Assembly (NCBI GenBank): GCA_020137815.1
Contig: CM035352.1
Location: forward strand, 7,936,001 to 8,000,000
DNA length: 64,000 nt
Direction of reading: 5' to 3'
Source of the DNA: Hormiphora californensis
Taxonomy: Eukaryota; Animalia; Ctenophora
Shown here in pieces: positions 24,040-35,645 of the stretch; the stretch's first letter is position 1, and the number at the start of each line of letters is the position of its first letter. Below the pieces are notes generated by a model. That model made no database searches. It saw only the letters and a list, made by a program, of their open reading frames with translations, and was not told the origin of the DNA. A program made the position numbers and the translations under genes.

Positions 24040-25651
24040 ATGTTTATTCTAGAGGGTGTTCTAGAGGGTGTTCTAGAGGGTGTTCACTTCTCACATTTCT
24101 TTCACTTCTCACATTTCTTCACTTCTCACATTTCTCTTATCTATTTCACTTCTCACATTTCTCTTATCTATTTTGTATCTCGAGCAGCGCTCTGCATACT
24201 TGTACAACTGCTAGTGTTCCTGACCTAGTAAACCTGTACTGGCCAACCAGTTCCAGATGGATCGAGCGTTCTCAACATGGCAACATTCAGTTCCTGGCGA
24301 CAATGCAGGTGTAGCGGACTTCATCCGGCTAGAGACCTCAATCCTGGCTACTATGAGGAGAATCGGGGGCTACCCTGACTCCAACAAGGAGGGTGGTGAA
24401 TTTGATCCTAATAAGATCACTACCAGCAAACTATCGAGTCTTGACACCAACAAGAAGGTAAAGTTGATTGCAGACATGGCCGGTCTGCTCTGGTTCCGAG
24501 CTCTGCCCCTGTCGAAGTTAGCTAGAAAACAGTTTGAGCTAGTGGAAGAAAAACCAAATCTTGACGAGTCTAAGGAGAAGGTGGAGAAACTACTGGGACA
24601 CTTAGAGCACACCAGAGACCGTCTCGACACTGTCAAGGACGAGCTACTGGAGCGTGACAGGAAAATGATCACCCTTCAAGAAGAGATTAGTGCCCTAAAA
24701 GACTCCATTATATCGATGAAGGATTCTCAACTGGAGAGTAGCATCAGTGCTGTCCAGACTGTTGTAAAAGAGGAAATGAACAGCTATTCATCTGCCCTTC
24801 AGAGCGCTGCTACCAACATGAAGCAGACGTGTGTATCTGCTCTAGCTCCCACCAAGATACGTGCTGCCCTGGCCAGCGCCACAGTTGACCGATCTGCGAA
24901 TCTGATAGTCTATGGACTGGCCGAGAACAATGATGACAGCGACTCTACCAGGGTAAAGGAATTGTTTCAGAATTTGGCCGAGGCACCTGTTTTGGTGGAG
25001 GTTGATAGACTGGGGAGGAGGCGTGAAGAGCATGTGCGTCCTGTTCGTGTGGTATTGAGGAGCAGGGAAGTAGCTAGGACTATTTTGGGCAAATCTGCTC
25101 AGCTGAGGGACTCCGATACTCATCAGTCTGTATACATTTCCCCAGACAGAACTCTAGAAGAAAGGGCTGAAAGGAGGGATCTTGTTGCCAGAATGAGAGA
25201 GAAGAGGGAGAGAGAGCCAGAGAAGGTTTTTAGAATCAGGAGAGGCTCTGTTATCGAGATCAATGAGTGAGTGATTTTATGTGTGAGAAGGGAAGAGACT
25301 GAGCTGCTATATCGTGTATGTTCGCTTGGGTGAGAATGAGAACGAGAGAGGGAGACATGAGCTTTGATATAATACCACTACATATTCACTTCATTTTACA
25401 GAATTTCTATAATTATTACCATTATTACCTTTGAAGTGTGAAACATATTGTTCGGACACGGTGGGTACCAGGGTGGGGCATTCTGGTAAACGCACACAAA
25501 AGACCTTACCCGTCTTCGTGTTATTAGCCTTGATGCGTCACCCTGTATCCCCACCCAGTTTTGTCCAGTATGGCTGGTTTTCTTGACATTATATATTTAA
25601 TTTCGGCACATGCCACTGCCAGCGGCAGTTTTGATTGATTGATTGATTGAT
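24040..25651 (+). mobile_element. Non-autonomous ORF1-only non-LTR retroelement with (TTGA)n tail; 5' boundary approximate
   Basis: Repetitive 5' UTR (TCTAGAGGGTGT x3; CACTTCTCACATTTCT repeats), ORF1, ~360-nt 3' UTR, microsatellite tail 25630-25651, no ORF2. Confidence 0.65.
24257..25270 (+). CDS. LINE ORF1p-like protein (coiled coil + RRM-like + CTD), 337 aa
   Basis: Intronless. Heptad region followed by NLIVYGLAE...RLG...RPVRVVL...YISPDRTLEER, the motif pattern of L1/CR1/L2-type ORF1 proteins. Confidence 0.8.
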   Translation: MDRAFSTWQHSVPGDNAGVADFIRLETSILATMRRIGGYPDSNKEGGEFDPNKITTSKLSSLDTNKKVKLIADMAGLLWFRALPLSKLARKQFELVEEKPNLDESKEKVEKLLGHLEHTRDRLDTVKDELLERDRKMITLQEEISALKDSIISMKDSQLESSISAVQTVVKEEMNSYSSALQSAATNMKQTCVSALAPTKIRAALASATVDRSANLIVYGLAENNDDSDSTRVKELFQNLAEAPVLVEVDRLGRRREEHVRPVRVVLRSREVARTILGKSAQLRDSDTHQSVYISPDRTLEERAERRDLVARMREKREREPEKVFRIRRGSVIEINE

Positions 25652-25705
25652 TTGCATTTCTCGACCCTATCTCACCACCCTCTGGGTTAGAAAATGGTCC
25701 AATAT

Positions 25706-26250
25706 CAGGGTGTGAACTGCATGTCGTGTTTGCTAGTCGCGAGCGCGCTTGCGAGACAAGCAAACACGTCAAGGTTCATTAACAAGCATGCTGCTCAGTC
25801 ATTTTAGATTTAATACACAATGTAAGGATACCATGTAATAGGTGAGACTCTTGCCGTCACCCTCGTTCAAGTCCCGTGAAAAACGGAGCAGTACACGCAA
25901 ACTGATGCCCATTTTCCTCGCGTGACCCCGATTCAGCAGTTTGAGACACCAACTCTTTAGGGGGCCATATCTCAGGAACCAGACAAGATAGGAAAAATCG
26001 CCGTCTAATGAGGCGTACAGTTTTCAATCTAGTTTACCACTGTACCGGCCGTTTCACTCTCCGACCTAAAACAAAAATCGCAACCCCACAAAACTTCAAA
26101 ATAATGAAATTCGCATCTCGCATGTCGTGTTGCATGTCGTGTCATGTTATTGACGCGCTCGCGTTCAACTCTCACACAGCAGCTGCAGAACATGGCGGGA
26201 AACATCGAGGAGTAGAGAGAGGGTCGGTGCCGAATCAAATTATTTCTTGA
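25706..26250. mobile_element. Possible hAT-type DNA transposon end (CAGGG terminus); other end not found
   Basis: Starts exactly where the duplicated segment diverges (GGTCCAATAT|CAGGGTGTGAAC). Confidence 0.3.
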
Positions 26251-26254
26251 TCTT

Positions 26255-27390
26255 GATCTACTCCATCTCTCAGCTATCCTACCCCTCATCAACTCGATCT
26301 CTCAGCTACCCTACCCCTCATCTACTCCATCTTTCAGCTACCCTACCCCTCATCTACTCCATCTTTCAGCTACCCTACCCCTTATCTAGTCCATCTCTCA
26401 GCTACCCTACCCCTCATCTACTCCATCTTTCAGCTACCCTACCCCTCATCTACTCCATCTTTCAGCTACCCTACCCCTTATCAGTTATCTAGTCCATCTC
26501 TCAGCTACCCTACTCCTCATTTACTCCATCTCTCAGCTTACCTACCTCCCATTTACTCCATATCTCAGCTTCCCTACCTGCCATTTACTCCATCTCTCAG
26601 ATACCCTACCTCCCATTTACTCCATCTCTCAGCTTACCTACCTCCCATTTACTCCATCTCTCAGCTTCCCTACCTCCCATTCACTCCATCTCTCAGCTTC
26701 CCTACCTCCCATTTACTCCATCTCTCAGCTACCCTACCTCCCATTCACTCCATCTCTCAGCTACCCTACCTCCCATTTACTCCATCTCTCAGCTTCCCTA
26801 CCTCCCATTTACTCCATCCCTCAGCTTCCCTACCTCCCATTTACTCCATCCTTGCCTCCCATTTACTCCATCTCTCAGCTACCCTACCTCCCATTCACTC
26901 CATCTCTCAACTACCCTACCTCCCATTTACTCCATCTCTCAGCTTCCCTACCTCCCATTTACTCCATCTCTCAGCTTCCCTACCTCCCATTTACTCCATC
27001 CCTCAGCTTCCCTACCTCCCATTTACTCCATCTCTCAGCTTCCCTACCTCCCATCTACTCCATCTCTCAGCTACCCTACCTCCCATTTACTTCATCTCTC
27101 AGCTTCCCTACCTCCCATTTACTCCATCTCTCAAGTCTCAGCTTCCCTACCTCCCATTTACTCCATCCCTCAGCTTCCCTACCTCCCATTTACTCCATCT
27201 CTCAGCTTCCCTACCTCCCATTTACTCCATCTCTCAGCTTACCTACCTCCCATTTACTCCATATCTCAGCTCCCCTACCCCCATTCCTTAATTCCCATCT
27301 TTTTCCCAATTTTCCCCTACCTCCCCTTTACCCCATCTCTCAGCTTACCTACCTCCCCTTTTTCATCTCTCAGTCCCCACCTCCCCTTTC
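26255..27390. repeat. 32-bp minisatellite (TTTACTCCATCTCTCAGCTTCCCTACCTCCCA)n
   Basis: Period 32 (e.g. 26641/26673), degenerate at both ends. Confidence 0.9.
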
Positions 27391-27419
27391 TCTGATAGGT
27401 TAGGTGCGAGAAATAGCAG

Positions 27420-28134
27420 GCGACTCTACCAGGGTAAAGGAATTGTTTCAGAATTTGGCCGAGGCACCTGTTTTGGTGGAGGTTGATAGACTGGGGAGGA
27501 GGCGTGAAGAGCATGTGCGTCCTGTTCGTGTGGTATTGAGGAGCAGGGAAGTAGCTAGGACTATTTTGGGCAAATCTGCTCAGCTGAGGGACTCCGATAC
27601 TCATCAGTCTGTATACATTTCCCCAGACAGAACTCTAGAAGAAAGGGCTGAAAGGAGGGATCTTGTTGCCAGAATGAGAGAGAAGAGGGAGAGAGAGCCA
27701 GAGAAGGTTTTTAGAATCAGGAAGAGACTGAGCTGCTATATCGTGTATGTTCGCTTGGGTGAGAATGAGAACGAGAGAGGGAGACATGAGCTTTGATATA
27801 ATACCACTACATATTCACTTCATTTTACAGAATTTCTATAATTATTACCATTATTACCTTTGAAGTGTGAAACATATTGTTCGGACACGGTGGGTACCAG
27901 GGTGGGGCATTCTGGTAAACGCACACAAAAGACCTTACCCGTCTTCGTGTTATTAGCCTTGATGCGTCACCCTGTATCCCCACCCAGTTTTGTCCAGTGT
28001 GGCTGGTTTTCTTGACATTATATATTTAATTTCGGCACATGCCACTGCCAGCGGCAGTTTTGATTGATTGATTGATTGATTTGCATTTCTCGACCCTATC
28101 TCACCACCCTCTGGGTTAGAAAATGGTCCAATAT
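27420..28134 (+). repeat. Direct duplicate of 24939-25705 (3' part of ORF1 element plus 3' flank) with a ~50-bp internal deletion
   Basis: Near-identical sequence, including the flank beyond the (TTGA)n tail. Confidence 0.9.
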
Positions 28135-28261
28135 ATTCCCCGAGACACTGATAACAACAAAGAAATTACAACTGAATAAAGGATGGTAATTGTGAATTTC
28201 TCTTTAAAAAAACAATAAAACACCTCCTAAAACAAAGGTCCCACACCATCTCTATTACAGT

Positions 28262-30527
28262 CTATAGCTCGCTTTTAAAGGGGTAGTTGATATGTCCCCC
28301 GAAGTGCTTCACTCCACAGGTCCTGTATCCAGGAGCAGGGAAATCCTTGGAAATGTCACTCAACTTATCGACCTCCTCAGAGGACAGAGAGAAGCCAGTT
28401 ACTGCCAGATTCTCAACGATTCGAGAGGGAGTGACACTCTTGGGAATCACAGCGTTACCTGACGGAATGAGAATGTAAATTATATACATAATTAGATGAT
28501 CAAGAGGGGTACCAAATATTCATACTATTCTCAAGTAGCCCACATAACAGGTGATTTATTAGAAGAACACTCTTTTGTGTTCAGTAACCAGAGACCTCAT
28601 TAAGTAGTAGTAAATGGCTAGAAACAATAAGACATGATAAATGTTGCAGTAGACATGAGATGGTGTGGCCATATGGAGGAGAGTGTGAGAGATAGAGTTG
28701 CTCGACCCTCTCTCTCTAATTGCGAACAAAGAAGGACGTTTGAAACAAAGATAACAGGAGTAACTTGATACTGTTAACTGTAAAAATGAACAATTCAAGA
28801 AGTCCTCGACACTCAAACGTAGGTTCTGGTTATACCTTGATTGACCCTCTCTCACCACGCCCCATGTTAGAACCTATAACAATTAACGTACCCTTATCCA
28901 CCTGGTACCGGATTAGTACTTGTCCTGGTGTCACACTATGTGCCTCAGCAATACCCTTCACAACCTCATTCTCCAGCAGGTTCTTCTGTTCTGGCCTCCT
29001 GAACTTGCTGCCAGGGTTCGCTGAAATGGGAGATGTTGGAAACATTGGGATGTGGTGACTTGGGCGGTATTGGGATGCATTGGGACTGGCTGGTAACGAA
29101 ATTACCCCTAAATAGGGCATTGCGATAGTAAGGCACGTTTTAGCGTGCCCACAATGTAGGGGTAATTGCGTTACCAAGGGGACTGGGCGGTATTGGGAGA
29201 GTTGGATAAAATAGTAGGGATAAATGAAAAATCCCGTATCTCCCCGACACTGTTTCAGTTCTAGCAATCATTACCTAGAGGGCTGTATGCTACAAAAGCG
29301 ATGCCCATTCTTCTTACAGTACTCGAGCAGCCCAAGGTTAGGGAGCTGGGGGTGGGATTCAACTTGCAGACAGGCTGGCTTTATCCTGCAGTCGGTAACA
29401 ATTGACTCAATCTGAAACGTGCTGTAATCAGTTGCCTTGCTCGACCTCATTTCACCGCGCCCCGGCATATGTAAAGGAGGATTAAAACGTAACAAGTAGA
29501 AGGGATGGTGGTGAAACAAAGCTAAAAGTTGCTAAATTTGCTAATTTGTTAGTGTAATGATTAGGATAAGGTAGAAAAAGATAGGTAGGCGGCATTGTCC
29601 CAATTCAACCGGTCATTGGCCATCTGTTTCCGGTCTACATTTGCTGTGTACCTATTGCCCCTCTATCCCCCTGTATGTTTACCTGTTCTATATTGAAGTT
29701 TGAGAGACCGATATTTTTACATTTCCCCTCATCCACGAGTTTCTCCATCTCAGTCCAGACTTGGGCAAATGTTGGGTTGCTGGGGTCGGGGATGCACTTT
29801 CCTTCATCATCAAGGGGGAAGAGACCCTTCTCGTGCTCTGGGTGAAGGTGCATGGGCCAGTGAATCAGGTAGAGATCCAAGTAGTCCAGTTGGAGGTCAG
29901 AGAGGGTCTTGGCACAGGCTGCAGCAACCTGATAGAAAGGGTGTTAGAACTTAGAAAAGGATGATCGATATAATATTCACAAAACTCAAACTATAAAATC
30001 TGATTAACTGCTGAATCAAAAGTCATCTTTCACTCATGGGCCCTTGTGCATAAGGTCCCCAACTGCAGGGGTTCACGCCCATGGCAACCACTCTTCAGTC
30101 TTCAATCAAATCAAACAAAAAAGCTTACCTTGTCGGGACGCTGGTTGGTGCACCATAGTTTGCTAGTAACAAACACTTCCTCTCGCTTCACCTCCCCAGC
30201 AGAGAACACCTTGTTAAAGGCAGCCCCAACCTAAAACATGAGGGGTAATACACATGAGACAATAAGAGTGGTTTACATATAATATTGGTTCCCCTTACAC
30301 CTGTTAAAACAATATTCCATTTATACTTGAACTAGAGGTAACCAGTGTCCTCTAAGTGGTTTTACCTCTTCCTCGTTGCAGTACACCATGGCACAATCAA
30401 TGTGTTTGTAGTTGTTATTCAGGGCATGTTCCACGGCAGCCCCAACCACACCAGGGTCACTCTGCCAGGTTCCCAGACCCACAACGGGCATGTCACTAAC
30501 TCCACATTGAATCGTTGGCATTGCCAT
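28262..30527 (-). CDS. Aldo-keto reductase (AKR1-like). Exons 30527-30366, 30230-30129, 29928-29683, 29411-29275, 29020-28892, 28458-28262
   Basis: [13 protein letters not shown] (catalytic D, Y), VTSKLW (K), LDLYLIHWP (H), GLSNFN, QVESHP, AYSPL, VIPKS. One extra G at ~29304-29306 (probable homopolymer error). Confidence 0.92.
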
Positions 30528-30666
30528 GGCAGATGAGGAGGTGCTATTAATGGGACAGTTATAATTAATTGGTTACACTGGCGAGTGGCTTTTTTTGTCT
30601 ATTAAAGTGTGCTCTCAGCTTTTTGAAGTTAGAAGGGCCTGAACCCTTCACCTCACCTGGTGCTTG

Positions 30667-30920
30667 TCAGTCAATCAATCAAAACTAAGCTCGTTGGCAG
30701 GGTGCCACTTTTAAAAAAGCAATAAAAAGTAATAAAACAAATGAGCATAGATAGAAAACTAGGCTTCCAATGACCGTACCGTTTAACTAACACTGTCGAA
30801 AGTGTCCGCTTGGATGTTTCTGACCGTATTGTGTAGAGTGACCTAGACAAAGCATGTACTGACATCCGTCTTGCACCGACCAACATTGGCAAATCCCTAC
30901 AGTACACTAAGCTATTGCTT
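30667..30920 (-). mobile_element. Short retroelement 3' end with (TTGA)n tail, related to the ORF1-only element's 3' end
   Basis: Minus strand reads GGCACCCTGCCA...AGTTTTGATTGATTGA, compared with GGCACATGCCA...AGTTTTGATTGATTGA at ~25605-25650. Confidence 0.45.
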
Positions 30921-33741
30921 TGTTATGGGGTAAAAAACACGTACGCCGGAGCAAAAACGAACACAAATTTGCAAGCCGCACTCGATTTTGCTCAGACGCG
31001 CAAATAATGTATTCGCTGCAAGTTTAAGCGCGCGTCGCCGTTTCAGTGCAGCAGCTTTTTTGAAAGATTTTTTGAAAGATTTTCACTTTGTCCTGGAATC
31101 TCCTGGGGCCTCGGCCCTCGGTAGTCGGCTGCTGAAAAGTGATGCAAATTGGTGTTGGGTTACTTAAATCTGTGTGCCTTCCAGGGCAAAGTTAAAATCT
31201 TGGTGCCTTCCATCGATTTTGGCGGTCGAGACGGGTTAGGGCTGCCCGCTAGGGTCTGGTTAGGGTTAGGTTTGGAGTTTATCAGTTAGCACTATCGATT
31301 TTATATCATATCATATCATTTAGTTTACTCAAATCGATGAGGGATCTTTCATCTTGTACCAATTCGTGTGCCATGAACCAGGGTAAACTTTTCAACACTA
31401 CTTTAAACAAATTAATTTGAGTTCCTGAATGAAGCCGCAAGGCGAAAGCTAGAAACGACGACTTTTTCTACCCGTGTTCAACACCCTTCTTTACGGCGGC
31501 GCCCCTTCCTCTCCTAGTATCACACTAGAACGGAAGATCCACGTTCATTATGTCCCCCGCCAAGGTCACATACACACTGTGTGCTAAATCTCAAAGCGCT
31601 TTTACTGCTCAGTCATCCGTAATAATACGCAAATATTTTAATATTCAATGATCCGTTAATGATGATTATAGTGGTTTACATGGTCAACACAATTCCATGT
31701 GGTGGCACAGTCTTCTAGAAATTTCTAGAATGGATGGTTCTATAAAAACAGGAAAACATTGCTGCATTGGGCAATTAGCTGTGATCCGAGTCAGTAGTGG
31801 GTGGTGACAGGCGGACATGCGTGTGTACTAATATATTAGATCATTCCTATGTTAATGTTTTTGAACAGTTGATAAAATCAACCCACCTCTCATTAGTAAT
31901 ACTGATAGTAATTCTGATTCAGTATAGCAGTTCTCTAATGATTTGATGGCTCATGATGTTACGAGTCAGTGAGGACAGTATAGTTCTCCTCAATTACTTT
32001 CTTGATGATTTGCGGAGGGAATCCCTCAGCCGATCTACTGAGACAACGCGGCAAACACTCCTACAGATGGTAGGTGTAAAAGTGACCTGGTGTGTTTGTT
32101 ATCGCGTTATTTCTAATATATGTTTATCAAAAATATTAAGTGTTATAGATATGAATTGAATGTGGGCTCACCAAGATGGAATGTGGGGGCCCCAGATTGT
32201 TTAATAAAGGGGGCGCAGGTGTTAATTGTGAACGGCCTCACCTGCTGTTAATTAGTCAATTAGTTGAAGAGTGAAGTCATACTTGTTTCTAGACACAACT
32301 TCCTCCTTGACAAGTCAGTACTACATGTGTGTGCACTGCAGTGCAGTACTGGAGACAGGATAAATGTGCACTGAGATATTTGGGGCTGAAAATAGTAGAA
32401 AATCCCAAATTAATTAAACTCCTTGTTTCAGTTCTCGAGTGAAAGGTTTAGTAAGCGACTATCATTACCTACCGGCACTACACCCCCGCAATATACTCCC
32501 CAGCAACTCTACTCGCCTCTATCTTCTAGATCACCCTCCCCACTCCTTCCTTCCTCCCGACGTGTTTCGTTCCAAGGTATGTTTTAGCAGTAATAGACTA
32601 AGAGTGATGTAGAAGTATTATTGAAATTGATACCTCTCACTGTTTTTCGTTCCTATTTGTTTTAATTTCAAAACCAATTTGATAATATGTTACAGGATCG
32701 TCCGATGGGTCAACTGTAGATGTTACCACAACTGATTCAGCCAAGGTATTTTCAGCACCTAGAGAATAGAGATATCCATCAAATGATGCAATGCTTCTAG
32801 TTCTCATCTACATCAGGAAACGACCGAACCGGGATTTTTACCACCGAACCGAACCGAATCGGAAAAAAAATTTACCGAACCGAACCGAACCGAACCGAAC
32901 CGAACCGAACCGAACCGAACCGAACCGAACCACAGCAAATTTTTCATATGCAAAGCTTTCTCTAAAAAGTCACGGAAAGCACCGATCAAGGTGTTGAGAA
33001 TCATTCTCTGAAATTTGATAAAAAAGTTTGGAAAATATTTCAAAGTCAATTTTGTGAAAAAATTTGATAATTTTGCGTACGAATCGTGATTAGAATCAGT
33101 GATGATATCTGGAAATACTGTCGCTAATTAGACGATGGATCGTGTTACCCCTAAATTTCCTAATTAGATTCGATGTGGGTTCACGTACCAGCACAATTCA
33201 TCTTGAACTGGCTAATTAGCAACATCACTCCCGCTTAGCATTGTCGATTCGAACCACGATTCGTACGCAAAAATTGACTTAGAAAATTTTCGAAATTTTT
33301 TTCACAAAATTAAATGTTTTTCTAAAAATTCATGGAGAGCATCGATCAAGGTATTGAGAATCATTCCAAAAAATTTTGCGAAAAAAGTTTTGAAAAATTT
33401 TTCAAGTCAAAATTATGGTATACGAATCGTGTTTCGAATCGGCACTGCTAAGCGGGAGTTTTGTTTATAATTTGCGGGTTAGTGATGGATTTTGCTGATA
33501 CGTGATGCCTCTAATTAGACAATGAATCATGTCCCCCTAAATTTCCTAATTACACTTGATTGGGGAAGTAATTTTGATATCTCCTTCTGGTGATCAACAC
33601 ACACACACGCCCTCCGTACAACGGTTATATAGGGGAATCTCACACACACACGGGCAGATCTCGGTCAAGGAGAGATTAATTGATTATTCAGAATAAAGAG
33701 ATCTGAGCAAGAATTAAATAGGGAAGAAAATCGAAAAATAC

Positions 33742-33816
33742 TGGGTTCGACCGGGAATTGAACCAGGGACCTCCAGAGAGACGCGCTCGATGCTCTACCA
33801 CTGAGCTACCGAACCC
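33742..33816 (-). ncRNA. tRNA-like (tRNA-Cys-like) sequence, copy 1; non-canonical anticodon arm
   Basis: GGTTCGG/TCGAACC acceptor stem, A-box TAGCTCAGTGGTAGAGC, B-box GGTTCAATTCC, T5 immediately downstream. Confidence 0.7.
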
Positions 33817-33826
33817 CTAAAAATAC

Positions 33827-33901
33827 TGGGTTCGACCGGGAATTGAACCAGGGACCTCCAGAGAGACGCGCTCGATGCTCTACCACTGAGCTACCGAACC
33901 C
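33827..33901 (-). ncRNA. tRNA-like sequence, copy 2 (tandem)
   Basis: Identical to copy 1. Confidence 0.7.
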
Positions 33902-33948
33902 CTGTACAGATCGCATTTCTTCACACTATATTCAAGCACATGCCCTTA

Positions 33949-34742
33949 TAGTAGAGTCGATAACTACATCGACCTCTCCCAATTGTTCCAGTTTTTGTCA
34001 CATCTGTTTGGAGCCTCGACACGACCTCTAAACAGGTGTTACTTTTTCACAAACTGTTTTCATCTTGGTGTAATCAGCAGTTGAAATGTTGCTAATCATA
34101 ACAAAAACCTGACTAAATTTTTTTAACTTGGGGTAAAACCATGGGTGTCAAAAGTTAGCTCTAAGTCCCCTGAGTAACCATCCGGAGACTCTAAGAGATA
34201 TTTCAAGCCGTTCTCCTGTAATCATTAATCCCGGTAGAGCACATATTTGAGTATGGACGTACGTGCAATTGCCTACAACCTCAACTTTAATGTATAACGT
34301 TAATGTGCGTCTCTCTCTTTTCTCCCCCTTGAGAAAGAGTTATCTCGCGCGGCGCAACCGCACGTGCGGTTTTTCCAGAGAGAGTGAGAGACATACAATA
34401 ACATGTAAACAGCCTGCCAGCGCTCACGTACGTCCGCATTGTATTTTTTTCTCCACCGGGATTAATGATTACGGGAGAACGGCTTGAAATATCTCTTAGA
34501 GTCTCCGGATGGTTACTCAGGGGACCTAGAGCTAACTTTTGACACCCATGGTTTTACCCCAAGTTGAAAAAATTTAGTCAGGTTTTTGTTATGATTAGCA
34601 ACATTTCAACTGCTGATTACACCAAGATGAAAACAGTTTGTGAAAAAGTAACACCTGTTTAGAGGTCGTGTCGAGGCTCCAAACAGATGTGACAAAAAAC
34701 TGGAACAATTGGGAGAGGTCGATGTAGTTATCGACTCTACTA
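33949..34742 (+). mobile_element. MITE family A, copy 2 (TSD TTA)
   Basis: TTA at 33946-33948 and 34743-34745; same TIRs. Confidence 0.92.
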
Positions 34743-34954
34743 TTAGCTAGACACCATGTGATAGAGGAAGTAATTTTGATATCTCCTTCTGGTGATCAAC
34801 ACACACACACGCCCTCCGTACAACGGTTATATAGGGGAATCTCACACACACACGGGCAGATCTCGGTCAAGGAGAGATTAATTGATTATTCAGAATAAAG
34901 AGATCTGAGCAAGAATTAAATAGGGAAGAAAATCGAAAAATACTGGGTTCGACC

Positions 34955-35029
34955 GGGTTCGGTAGCTCAGTGGTAGAGCATCGAGCGCGTCTCTCTGGAG
35001 GTCCCTGGTTCAATTCCCGGTCGAACCCA
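34955..35029 (+). ncRNA. tRNA-like sequence, copy 3 (inverted)
   Basis: Identical to copies 1 and 2, on the + strand. Confidence 0.7.
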
Positions 35030-35645
35030 GTATTTTTCGATTTTCTTCCCTATTTAATTCTTGCTCAGATCTCTTTATTCTGGACACTTGATTGGGGATC
35101 ATGTATCAGCACAATCCATCTCGAACCCGCTAATTATCAACATCACTCCCGCTTAGCATTGCCGATTCGAAACACGATTCGTACGCAAAAATTGACTTGG
35201 TTCGGTTCGGTAAATTTTTTTTCCGATTCGGTTCGGTTCGGTTCGGTGGTAAAAATCCCGGTTCGGTCGTTTCCTGGTTCATACGGCAAAATTGACATTG
35301 AAATCCATAAAAATTTTCGTGAAATAATTGACAAATGATGGCCGAAAAGCCCGATTTTTGGCCATTTTTTGAACAAAAAATTCGGTGATTCGGCCAAAAT
35401 TTTCCACCGAACCGAACCACCGAAAAAACACCGAATCTCCGAACCGAACCGAACCGAATATTCGGTCTCCTGATCTACATATATGACAAAATCATACCAA
35501 AATTAAACAAACAGATTTTATGATAAACAAGTTTTCAATGAACAATAAAGCTAAATTCAGTTCTTTTCTTCAGTCTTTTCTGCACACACTTATGCTCAAC
35601 AACATTTTCATAATTATTCAAAATAAATCAGCTTGCACCGTTATT

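Larger units (their letters stand above)
33567..35083 (-). mobile_element. Composite insertion with tRNA-like heads, 15-bp TSD (ACACTTGATTGGGGA) and an inverted 5' part
   Basis: TSD at 33552-33566 and 35084-35098. Removing the insert restores a host repeat similar to 33150-33280. Confidence 0.7.
32814..35472. mobile_element. Non-autonomous hAT-type element with 8-bp TSD ATCTACAT, (CCGAA)n subterminal repeats and nested insertions
   Basis: ATCTACAT at 32806-32813 and 35473-35480. Ends CAGGAAACGACCGAA / TTCGGTCTCCTG. Extra inverted copy of the left end at ~35199-35276. Confidence 0.8.

Noticed and set aside
8512-30527. Pseudogene status for the myosin and AKR genes because of three +1 frameshifts
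   Set aside because: Two are in G homopolymers and one looks like a merged allele; all other exons and catalytic motifs are intact
33742-33816. Functional tRNA-Thr(CGT)
   Set aside because: Anticodon stem and loop are non-canonical and the T-stem has a mismatch; annotated as tRNA-like instead
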